Shown here: positions 29,812-38,344 of the stretch, piece after piece
Layout of the letters: each line of letters starts with the position of its first letter
Position numbering within the stretch: the stretch's first letter is position 1
NCBI GenBank assembly: GCA_024277065.1
Contig: JAJRVY010000102.1
Span: 1 to 54,398, forward strand
Direction of reading: 5' to 3'
From: Planctomycetota bacterium
GTDB lineage: Bacteria > Planctomycetota > JAJSAM01 > JAJVHW01
Length of the DNA stretch: 54,398 bases
Made by a program: the position numbers and the translations under genes
The notes under the pieces: model-generated
What the model was told of the DNA's origin: nothing
Databases searched by the model: none
What the model saw: only the letters and a program-made list of their open reading frames with translations

Positions 29812-31637
29812 ATGTCGGACTTCCTGCACTCGATCGAACCGGACACGCTCCTGGCGCATCACGAGTGGATGCGGCGGCTGGCCCGCCGTCTGGTGCTGGA
29901 CGACGCCGAGGCCGACGACGTGGTGCAGGAGGCGTGGCTGCGTGCCACGGAGCGGCCGCCCCGTGAAGCCGGCGCGCTGCGCGCCTGGCTCGCGACCGTG
30001 GTCAGAAACGCCGCCAGGCAACTCGCACGCGGCGAGAGCCGGCGTGGTCGCCGCGAATTCGCCGCGGCGCGCTCCGAGGCGCTCCCGCGACGTCCGAACT
30101 CGTGGCGCGCGCGGAGGCCAGGCGGCTCCTGATGGACGCGACGCTGGCGCTCGCCGAACCCGGCCGCTCGACGATCCTGCTGCGCTTCTTCGAAGGCCTG
30201 CCGCCGCGCGAGATCGCCGCGCGCCAGCGCGTCCCGGTCGAGACGGTCCGCTCGCGCGTACGCCGCGCGCTCGCGGAGATCCGCAAGACGCTCGATCGCC
30301 GCGCCGGCGACCGCAGCGCGTGGGCCGTCGCGCTGCTGCCCCTTGCGGGCCCCGCGCTGCCCGGCGCCGCCCCGCCGGGTGAGCTGCCGATCGACGGTCC
30401 GGCGCCGGCTGCGCCCACCGCCGGACTCTTCGCCGTGGCCGCGGCCGTGGTGATCGTCGCCGTGGGCGGCGCCGCCGGATGGATCGCCGCCGCGACACGG
30501 CGGCCGGCGACGACTGCCACCGAGTTGCGCGACGCAATCGGGGACGAGCGCGCACGCACACGGGAGTTTGAACAGGTGACGTCGCGCACGGCAGCGCGGA
30601 CGCGCGCCCGCGACGCCGCGAACGCGCCACGGGCCGACGCCGCGGGCGGCACGCCAAGGGGAGCGCCGGCCATCGCGGCGCGCGCGGTGCCGGGCGCGGA
30701 TGCGGCGGCGCCTACGACCGACGCCCCCACGCCGTTCCCCGCATATCGCGCCGCGCTCGCGGGCGAGGACTGGGGCGCGGCCGGACGCGCGTTCGCGGCG
30801 CTCATCCGATCCGTGCGCCCGATCGCCGAGGCCGCCGCCGCGGATCGCCAGCCGTCACCCGAGGAGATCGGGACGCTGCAGGCGCGCAGCGGTCCGGTCG
30901 CGGCGCTGGCGCTGCGTCTCCAGGCACGCGGGGTGCCGGGCGCCATCCCCAATCTGGTCCTCGCGCACCCGGCGGTCCTCACGAACCTCCTGCCCCCGAC
31001 ACTGGCCGCCCTCGGCGAACCGCTGACCGCCGAGCAGCGCACGCGACTCATGCGCGCGGCATGGGACGGCGTGAGCGCCGTGGACAGTGCGCACGACACG
31101 CTCGGAGACGACGAGATCCTGTTGCGCCGCATGGCCGTCGAGGCGGCCGCCCTCGGCCCCTGGCTCGCCGCGGTGAACGACGTGCTGACGCAGAGGCAGC
31201 GCGCCGTGCTACGTCCCGAGCGCTTCCGCGGCCGCGCCGGCGTCGATCTCGTCTCCCCGGGCTTCCTGTGGCCGGCGCTCCCGCCGCGCGTCGAGGCACG
31301 CGCCGCCGAGGAGTACGTGCGCAAGGTCGAGTCCCTGCTGCTCGCACCGCAGTTCCCGGCAGGCACGCGTGCGCGGGACAACGCACGCGACATCCTCGAC
31401 ACGTGGGCGGCCGCGTTGCCGGCCGGCGCCTTCGCGGGCACGCGCTCGCCGCTCGACGCAAGCGGCTTCGCGCATGCCGAGCGTCTGGCATTCTGGGCGG
31501 CGCAGACCGCCGACCTGCTCGAGGCCCTGCGCGACGGCGCCGCCGAGACCCGCCGCCAGCGCGAGGCGCTCACGCGGCGGCTGATTCTGCTCATGCCGTT
31601 CCTCCCCGCGCAGTTGAACGGCGACCCGCCGCGATGA
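29812..31637 (+). CDS. ECF sigma-70 factor with TM helix and long C-terminal extension; frameshift at about 30084-30087
   Basis: Region 2 (WMRRLARRLV..AEADDVVQEAWL..LRAWLATVVRN) and region 4 (ILLRFFEGLPPREIA...VPVETVRSRVRRAL) are in different frames. Adding one C to CTCCCGCG restores EALPATSELVARAE. Confidence 0.85.
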
Positions 31638-32866
31638 GGGCGGTGGCCGTCGCCTGCGCGCTCGGCCTGCTCGCGGCGAGCGCCGGCGCCGGCTGGATGC
31701 TGCGTTCGCCGGACGATCCGCCCGGCGACCTCTCGGCACTGCGGCTGGAGCTCGCCGAAGCGCGTGCGGACCGCGCGCGCGCGGGCGCGGCGGCCCACGA
31801 GGCACGGCAGCGGGCGCGGTCGGCGGAGCACAGCGCGGCGGTGTCGCGCAGCGAGCGGCCGACGACGCTCGCGGGTCGCGCCGACGCGACGCCCGCGGAC
31901 GCCGGCGGCGCCCCCGCGGTGACACCCGACGAGACCGCGGGCCGGCGTGCACGTGTCGCGCTCTACCCGCTGTACGCGTTCGACGACGCGGCCCCTGCGG
32001 TGCGCGACGCACTCGCCGCGACCGACTGGCCGGCGGTCGCGGAGAACCTCGCGGCGATGCTGCCGGTGGCGGACGAGATCGTCGGTGCACTCGCACGCGG
32101 AGAGCGACCGTCGGCGGAGTCCATCGGCCGCTCGCAAGAGCTCAACGGCCCACTGATCACGATCGCGATGCGACTCGAGGCGGCCGGCGTCCCGGGGACC
32201 GGCGCCAACGGCGCGTTCACGCATCCCGCGTTCATGAGCAACGCCATCGCGGCGAGCCTCGAGGCACTCGGCATGCCCCTCGACAGCGCGCAGCAGGCCG
32301 CCCTCGGGCACGTCGGCGCGGAGTTCGCGCGGCGCGAGAGACAGCGCGTCGCGGCCCGTACGGTTGACGCCGTGAAGCTCCGCCGCCTCGTCGAGGAGGC
32401 GGAGCAGAAACGCGACTACTTCGCGGCGGCGCGGGCTCTGCTCTCGGACGAGCAGAGGAACGCCCTCTGCCCTCCCGCCGTGCGCGGCCGCGTCGCTGCC
32501 GATCTCTTCTCCGAGGGTCTGGTCTGGGTGGGCCGCGCACAACCGCTGACGTACCGCGACGAAGCGCACCTCGCCGAGCTCATCGAGGCGCGACTCCTCG
32601 GCGACGCCGACGAGACCGCGCGCGGCGCGGCCCGCGACATCGTCGCGGCGTGGGTCGCCGCCCTGCCACGCGAGATCGTGGACCACCATGCCGATGCTCT
32701 CGACCGCGTCGGCATGGTCGATGCCGCGTACACCACGACCTGTGCACGCCATGTCGCGGCCCTGACGGAGACGCTCCTGCGCGACGGCGGCGTCAGCGCA
32801 GGTGCCGCAGCGCGGTTGCGCGACCTCGGCGGCACGGTCGTGCTGTTCCGCGCGCCCTCGGAGTGA
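31634..32866 (+). CDS. Membrane-anchored or secreted hypothetical protein paralogous to the ECF C-terminal domain
   Basis: ATG 31634 (ATGA overlap). N-terminal hydrophobic segment, coiled coil, then a domain colinear with the ECF extension. Confidence 0.8.
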   Translation: MRAVAVACALGLLAASAGAGWMLRSPDDPPGDLSALRLELAEARADRARAGAAAHEARQRARSAEHSAAVSRSERPTTLAGRADATPADAGGAPAVTPDETAGRRARVALYPLYAFDDAAPAVRDALAATDWPAVAENLAAMLPVADEIVGALARGERPSAESIGRSQELNGPLITIAMRLEAAGVPGTGANGAFTHPAFMSNAIAASLEALGMPLDSAQQAALGHVGAEFARRERQRVAARTVDAVKLRRLVEEAEQKRDYFAAARALLSDEQRNALCPPAVRGRVAADLFSEGLVWVGRAQPLTYRDEAHLAELIEARLLGDADETARGAARDIVAAWVAALPREIVDHHADALDRVGMVDAAYTTTCARHVAALTETLLRDGGVSAGAAARLRDLGGTVVLFRAPSE

Positions 32867-33025
32867 CGGCACCACCTCGCGACGGTTTTCTGTAGCATCG
32901 GCGCTCCGACGACGGCGACTCATTGCGAAGCCGCGTCGCGGAGGAGGCGCAACACAGCCCTGGACGGTCGCAGCTGGCGAATGGAGCAGTTGCTTCCGGA
33001 CACGTCCACACGGGAGGCAGCGGCG

Positions 33026-33235
33026 ATGGCAACGACGATCGACTGGCACTACCGCCGCAGCGGCTGAACCGGCTGCAAGCGCTCCGACGCGGTGATCGCC
33101 GCGCGGGGTGCAACCGTCCGGGAGACGGTGAAGGCGAGCACGGGCAAGCTCTTCGACGACGCCACGCGCGTCCTCGTCGGCACGGAATGGCCCGTCGGCT
33201 TCGCCGGTGAGATGTGGAACGAGGTGCTCACATGA
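33026..33235 (+). CDS. ArsC-family (thioredoxin-fold) selenoprotein with UxxC motif, apparently shortened
   Basis: GGGAGG RBS. MATTIDWHYRRSG-U(TGA 33065-33067)-TGCKRSDAVIAARG...VGFAGEMWNEVLT. Stop overlaps the next ATG. Confidence 0.75.
33068..33116 (+). promoter_or_regulatory. Candidate bacterial SECIS hairpin
   Basis: GCGCTCCG (33079-86) pairs with CGGGGTGC (33104-11), and CGCGGT (33088-93) pairs with GCCGCG (33098-103). Apical loop GATC lies 26 nt after the UGA. Confidence 0.55.
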
Positions 33236-34770
33236 TCCGCGCACTCCTCTTCGCGGCGTGCTACGCGCTCTTGGCGTCCCCCGCGTTCGGCGCCGATGAA
33301 AGCTGCTTCGAGTGCCACGAGAAGCCGGCCGCGGATGGCTCGTTCATGCCGATCGTTCGCGCCGAGCAGTACGCCGGCGGCGTCCACGCCGCACTGCCGT
33401 GCGCGCAGTGCCACGAGGCGCGAGACGGTGGCTTCGACGTCGTCCCGCACGATCTCGTCACGCAGCGAACGCCGGAGTGCATGGACTGCCATGAGGACGA
33501 TTTCGCCGCGATCGCGCAGGAGACCACGCGCAGCGTGCATGCCGGCGGCGAGCGCCCGTTCACCTGCTCGCGCTGCCACGACGTGCACCGCATGCTGCGC
33601 ACGCCGGTCGATGCGCCGCCCGCGGTGCGACGGGAGTTGGCGAACGGACCGTGCATCGACTGCCACCGCGACACGGTCGTCGAGGTCGGTGGGCGCGAGG
33701 GCGCAACCGGCGTCGGCGTCGCGCACGAGTGGCTGCCCTACGCCGATTCGCACGCGATCATGCGGTGCATCGTCTGCCACTCACCGGTGAGCGAGGCGGG
33801 CATTCACGAGGTGCTGGGCAAGGACCGCACGACGCGCAGGTGCGAGCAGTGCCACACGGACCAGTCGGGGCTGATCGACAAGTTCGTCGGCCGCGACGAC
33901 CGCTCGTCGTGGATCACGAACCCGGGGCTCTTCGAGTTCGCGTACGTGCGCGGTGCGACGCGCAACCGCGCCGTGGACAGCGCTCTCATCGGGCTCCTGC
34001 TACTGACGCTCGCCGGCGTCGTCGCGCATGCGTTCGGGCGAGCGGTGCTGCGCCGCCCGGAGTCCGCCCCGCACGTCGTGCGCGAGACGGTGCTCTACAC
34101 GCTCACGACGCGCCTCGGCCACTGGATCAACGCCGCGCTCATGCTGGCCCTGATGGCGACGGGGATGCGCATGCATTTCGGCGGCCGCGAAGGAGCGCTG
34201 ATCGGCTTCGAGAGCGCGTTCCACGTGCACAACATCGTCGGCGCAATCCTGGTCGCCGTCTCCGTGATCTTCTTCGTCGTGCACGTCGTCGGCGGTGGCG
34301 CGCGGCAGTACCTGACGTTCCGCGAGGGCCACGTCCGCGGGGGCGTCGCGCAGGCCAAGTGGTACCTCGTCGGCGTGTTCCGCGGCGCGCCGCACCCCTC
34401 GCATCCGTCGCCGGAGCGACGTTTCAACCCGTTGCAGCAGACCGCGTACGCGTCGCTCATGTGGGTGACACTCCCCGCGCTCCTCGTCTCGGGTGTGCTG
34501 CTGCTGTTCCCGGCGACGATCCCCGACGAGGTGTTCGGGGTCCGCGGCACGTGGCTCGTCTCGACGCTCCACTACCTTGTGTCGTGGGCGTTCGTGCTGT
34601 TCCTCGCCGGCCACCTCTACCTGATCACGATGGGCGACAGGCCGTGGTACGGGCTGACCGCCATGATCACGGGCGTTCACCGCCACCACGAGCCGGCGCC
34701 GGCGGCCGACGAGAGTGCCGCAGACGCCGAGAGTGGCGCCGACACCGAGAGTGACTGCGACGCCGACTGA
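33232..34770 (+). CDS. Multihaem cytochrome c (7 CxxCH) fused to a membrane cytochrome b domain
   Basis: Signal peptide. CFECH, CAQCH, CMDCH, CSRCH, CIDCH, CIVCH, CEQCH. Then RLGHWINA, FHVHNIVG, RFNPLQQTAY, TLHY...AGHLYL of hydrogenase/thiosulfate-reductase-type cytochrome b. Confidence 0.9.
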   Translation: MIRALLFAACYALLASPAFGADESCFECHEKPAADGSFMPIVRAEQYAGGVHAALPCAQCHEARDGGFDVVPHDLVTQRTPECMDCHEDDFAAIAQETTRSVHAGGERPFTCSRCHDVHRMLRTPVDAPPAVRRELANGPCIDCHRDTVVEVGGREGATGVGVAHEWLPYADSHAIMRCIVCHSPVSEAGIHEVLGKDRTTRRCEQCHTDQSGLIDKFVGRDDRSSWITNPGLFEFAYVRGATRNRAVDSALIGLLLLTLAGVVAHAFGRAVLRRPESAPHVVRETVLYTLTTRLGHWINAALMLALMATGMRMHFGGREGALIGFESAFHVHNIVGAILVAVSVIFFVVHVVGGGARQYLTFREGHVRGGVAQAKWYLVGVFRGAPHPSHPSPERRFNPLQQTAYASLMWVTLPALLVSGVLLLFPATIPDEVFGVRGTWLVSTLHYLVSWAFVLFLAGHLYLITMGDRPWYGLTAMITGVHRHHEPAPAADESAADAESGADTESDCDAD

Positions 34771-36445
34771 AGCCGAACTGGACGTCGCACTCGGCACGCT
34801 CCGCGACCGCGCCGCGGTGTGGGCGTCGTCTCCCGTCGGCGAGAAGATCCGGCACCTGCACGCACTGCTCGCAGGAACGCTGCGCGTGTCCGCGCGTCAG
34901 GTGCGCGCAGCGTGCGAAGCGAAGGGGCTGGCGGTCGGTACTCCCGCCGAGGGCGAGGAGTGGTTCGCGGGCGTCCTGCCCCAGGTCCGCACGCTGCGGC
35001 GCCTGATCCGCACGGCCGAGGAGATCCGTGACAGGGGGACCGTCCACGTCCCGGCGTCGCGACTGCGCGCCCGCCCGGGCGGGCGCACGGCCGTCGTCGT
35101 CCTGCCCGAGGAACGCCACGACCGGCTGCTGTTCGCCGGCTTCCGCGCCGAGGTCTGGATGCGACCGGGGGTGGCCGCGGCGAACGTCGCCGACGGCGCC
35201 GGAGGCGCACTGGCCCGGCCGCCCGAGGAGAGCGGTGTCGCGCTGGTACTCGGCGCCGGCAACGTCGCCGCCATCGCCCCCCTCGACGTCGTGCACGAGC
35301 TGTTCGCCAGGGGGCGCACGGTGCTGCTCAAGCTGAACCCCGTGAACGACTACCTGCAGCCGTTCCTGGACGCAACGTTCGCGACGCTCATCGACGCGGG
35401 GTTCGTGCGCATCACGACGGGCGGCGCCGACGTCGGCGCGTACCTCTGCGAGCACCCCGACGTGGACGAGATCCACGTCACCGGCAGCGCGGCGACGCAC
35501 GATGCGATCGTGTGGGGCGGCGGCGACGAAGGCGCCGCTCGCCGCGCCCGCGGCGAGCCGCGGCTGCGCAAGCTCGTGACCAGCGAGCTCGGCAACGTCA
35601 GCCCCGTCATCGTCGTCCCAGGACGCTGGAGCGCCGCCGACCTGCGCTTCCACGCCGCGAACGTGGCCACGCAGTTGACGCAGAACGGCGGCTTCAACTG
35701 CAACGCCGCGAAGGTACTCGTGACCCACTGCGACTGGCCGCAGCGGACGGCGTTCCTGGACGCCCTGCGCGACGTGCTGCGCGCGCTGCCGCCGCGGCGT
35801 GCCTACTATCCCGGCGCGCGCGAGCGCTGGCAGCGCTTCGTCGATGGTCACGACGGCGCCGAGGTGCTGGGCCCCGTCACGAAGGGCTGCCTGCCGCCGG
35901 CGCTGCTCGTCGATCAGGACGCGGAAGATGCGGACGTCCTCGCGTTCCGCGAGGAGTCGTTCTGCTGCGTCGCCGCCGAGACCTCGCTGCCGGGCCGGGA
36001 CGCCGCGGAGTTCCTGCGGCACGCGGTCGGGTTTGCGAACGACCGCCTGTACGGCACGCTGAACGCCTGCGTCATCGTCGATCCACGGACGGTGCGCTCC
36101 CTCGGCGCGGCGCTCCGCGACGCCGTCGCGGATCTGCGCTACGGCACCGTCGCCGTCAACCACTGGCCGGCGATCGCGTTCGCGCTCGGAGGCACGACGT
36201 GGGGCGCGTATCCCGGCCACACGCTCGCCGACATCGGCAGCGGCATCGGCTCCGTGCACGGCGCCTGGCTGCTCGCGGACACCGAGCGCAGCGTCGTCCA
36301 CGGCCCGTTCCGCGTACGGCCGACGCCGCCGTGGTTCGTGACGCACCGCCGCGCGCACGAGGTCGCCCGCCGCCTCGTCCGCCACCAGGCCGCGCCGTCC
36401 CTCCTGCGCCTCCCCGCCATCGCGTGGCACGCCCTGCGCGGCTGA
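34751..36445 (+). CDS. Aldehyde dehydrogenase family protein
   Basis: LVLGAGN, LKLNPVN, IHVTGS, TSELGNVSP (catalytic Glu), NGGFNCNAAK (catalytic Cys), EESFC, LRYGTVAVN. Start position approximate. Confidence 0.88.
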   Translation: MTATPTEAELDVALGTLRDRAAVWASSPVGEKIRHLHALLAGTLRVSARQVRAACEAKGLAVGTPAEGEEWFAGVLPQVRTLRRLIRTAEEIRDRGTVHVPASRLRARPGGRTAVVVLPEERHDRLLFAGFRAEVWMRPGVAAANVADGAGGALARPPEESGVALVLGAGNVAAIAPLDVVHELFARGRTVLLKLNPVNDYLQPFLDATFATLIDAGFVRITTGGADVGAYLCEHPDVDEIHVTGSAATHDAIVWGGGDEGAARRARGEPRLRKLVTSELGNVSPVIVVPGRWSAADLRFHAANVATQLTQNGGFNCNAAKVLVTHCDWPQRTAFLDALRDVLRALPPRRAYYPGARERWQRFVDGHDGAEVLGPVTKGCLPPALLVDQDAEDADVLAFREESFCCVAAETSLPGRDAAEFLRHAVGFANDRLYGTLNACVIVDPRTVRSLGAALRDAVADLRYGTVAVNHWPAIAFALGGTTWGAYPGHTLADIGSGIGSVHGAWLLADTERSVVHGPFRVRPTPPWFVTHRRAHEVARRLVRHQAAPSLLRLPAIAWHALRG

Positions 36446-36495
36446 CAGCGAACGCGCAGGACCATGGTCCACGGACTACGGACGGCGGACGCGCG

Positions 36496-36669
36496 TCAGC
36501 CGCCGAACAGCAGGAACACGGCCACGCTGCCGAGCAGGAGTCCGCCGATCAGCAGCGCGGCGATCACGCGTCCGATCGGCTCCACGACCCCGTCGGCCGT
36601 CGCTCGTGCCGGCCGCCGCGGTCTCGGGCGCCGGTCGGGCCGCAGCGTCGTGACGTCCGGCCCGTTCAC
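36496..36669 (-). CDS. Small single-TM hypothetical protein (57 aa)
   Basis: GTG 36669 overlaps the upstream stop. Basic N-terminus and C-terminal VIAALLIGGLLLGSVAVFLLF. Confidence 0.55.
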   Translation of the reverse strand: MNGPDVTTLRPDRRPRPRRPARATADGVVEPIGRVIAALLIGGLLLGSVAVFLLFGG

Positions 36670-37373
36670 GGGCTCCCGACCTCGAGATCCCGGAAGAGCG
36701 TACGCGCATCGGCCTTGGCCCAGAGACCGACCTTGCCCGCGGCGGGGAACGTCGTGTCCTCGACGCGCAGCAGCGGCTCGTCGTCGAGGGAGCACTCGAT
36801 GACGCTGCCGACCATGCGGACGTGGAGCGTGCGCGCGGCCGCGCCGGGCTCCGTCGCCGCTCCGCCGAGCTGCGTGCGCACACCGTCCACGACCTTGTAG
36901 ACGCGGTAGTTGTCCTCGAGAGGGTTCCAACGCGCGACGTAGTAGTTGTCGGCGTCCTGCGCCCGCCACAGCGGGCCGCCGCCGCGGTCGATCTCGCCGT
37001 CCACCGCCTCGACACGGACGACGATGTCCACGTCGGCGTAGTTCGTGTCGTCGATCAGGACGACGTTGAAGACGGGGCGCTCGTTCTGCGCACTCTGCAG
37101 CAGGCCGCCGCGCGCCGCCAAACCCCATCGCCCGCCGGCCGGCGTGAACCCCGCGGGGAGCGCCGCAGCGACGCCTTCTGAGAACGACCAGCGACGCGGC
37201 GCGGGGGCACCGGGCACGTCCCCAGCGGGCACCTCGGCCGACGGCGCGGGCGCGTCGCCGGAGGCGGCAGACGCGGCCCTCTCGGTGCGTCCCGCGCACG
37301 CGGCGAGGAGCGCCACGGCGAGTGCCGGGACGAGTGCGATGCACAGCGCGTGCGATGATGAGGCAGGGGGCAT
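36666..37373 (-). CDS. Lipoprotein with ConA-like beta-sandwich (DUF1080/GH16-like)
   Basis: ATG 37373 after CAGGAG. Lipobox LAAC, GEIDRGGGPLWRAQDADNYYVARWNPLEDNYRVYKVVDG, GKVGLWAKADA. Confidence 0.8.
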   Translation of the reverse strand: MPPASSSHALCIALVPALAVALLAACAGRTERAASAASGDAPAPSAEVPAGDVPGAPAPRRWSFSEGVAAALPAGFTPAGGRWGLAARGGLLQSAQNERPVFNVVLIDDTNYADVDIVVRVEAVDGEIDRGGGPLWRAQDADNYYVARWNPLEDNYRVYKVVDGVRTQLGGAATEPGAAARTLHVRMVGSVIECSLDDEPLLRVEDTTFPAAGKVGLWAKADARTLFRDLEVGSP

Positions 37374-37495
37374 GGCGGTTCTCCTGGCCGCTCCCAGGAT
37401 AGACTGCGACGGTTCCGGATGCCGAGGAGGATGCGTCGTGAGCACGAAACGACTGCCGCCGTCCGTGGACGGCTCGCGCGGCCGCAGTTCGGCCG

Positions 37496-38137
37496 TTGGC
37501 GCGGCATCCGAGGAGCGTGGATACCGCACCGCGCGTCGGACACATGGATCTCGGTATCGACACGCAAGGCAGCGAAGTGCTGCTCTTCGGCAACGACACG
37601 ACCGACTTCCTGTCCATGCAGGACCTCGCGACCGGGCGCGAGACACATCTTCTGTCCTACGTCCACGGGACGACGTGGGCGGAGTCGCGCACGCTCAGCG
37701 GGCAGGGGTTCCACATCTCGGGCAACGCGTACGCCACGCCGGGGTGGATGGTGGTCTCGACCTACGGGTACGAGAAACAGCGGACGCACTGGAACTCACA
37801 CGCCATCTACCTGCTCGAGCTGAACCCGGACGCCGATCCGGCGCAGCCGGTCATCTGGCGGGTCGCCCACGCGCGCTCCGTGTGGGACCCCGATCTGACC
37901 AAGCACTACTGGGCGGAGACGCACGCGTCGATCGACCCGCGCGGCCGCACGATCATCTTCGCGTCGAACTGGAGCAATCCCAAGGCCGCCATCGAGACCT
38001 ATCGCCTCGACCTGCCCGAGAACCAGCACGACCGGCTGATGGGCAAGCGAGCGGCGGACGAGGCCCGCGCGAGAAGTGCGAAGCTGCTGGGGATGACGGG
38101 GCGCGGGATGACGGGGCGCGAGTTGACGGAGCGCTGA
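37496..38137 (+). CDS. Beta-propeller-like hypothetical protein, probably 5'-truncated
   Basis: GHMDLG, FHISGNA...PGWMVVSTY, HYWAETHASIDPRGRTIIFASNW look like the final blades of a propeller. No convincing start or signal peptide in frame. Confidence 0.55.
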   Translation: MARHPRSVDTAPRVGHMDLGIDTQGSEVLLFGNDTTDFLSMQDLATGRETHLLSYVHGTTWAESRTLSGQGFHISGNAYATPGWMVVSTYGYEKQRTHWNSHAIYLLELNPDADPAQPVIWRVAHARSVWDPDLTKHYWAETHASIDPRGRTIIFASNWSNPKAAIETYRLDLPENQHDRLMGKRAADEARARSAKLLGMTGRGMTGRELTER

Positions 38138-38344
38138 AACGTCGTCCGACCGCGGCGTTTCCCATCACGCCGATGCACGCGCGGCAAGATCTGGTACGGT
38201 CTCGGCTCGGGAAAAGGGCTTGACGCTGCGGTTCCCCATGCCCGCTCGGCGTCGGGACGCGACGTTCGAATCCGCATCGTCCACTCATGCGTCGGCGTGG
38301 GCCGGCACCGCGAGCGCGCAGTGATCAACGGAGGTATCGAGTCC

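Noticed and set aside
30002-33244. Very long antisense or alternative-frame ORFs (e.g. 30002-33244 -, 2402-4636 -, 8634-10970 +, 23995-26295 -, 38285-40600 -, 52029-54368 -)
   Set aside because: Arg/Ala/Pro-rich shadow frames of well-supported genes, as expected in high-GC DNA where stop codons are rare. No motifs.
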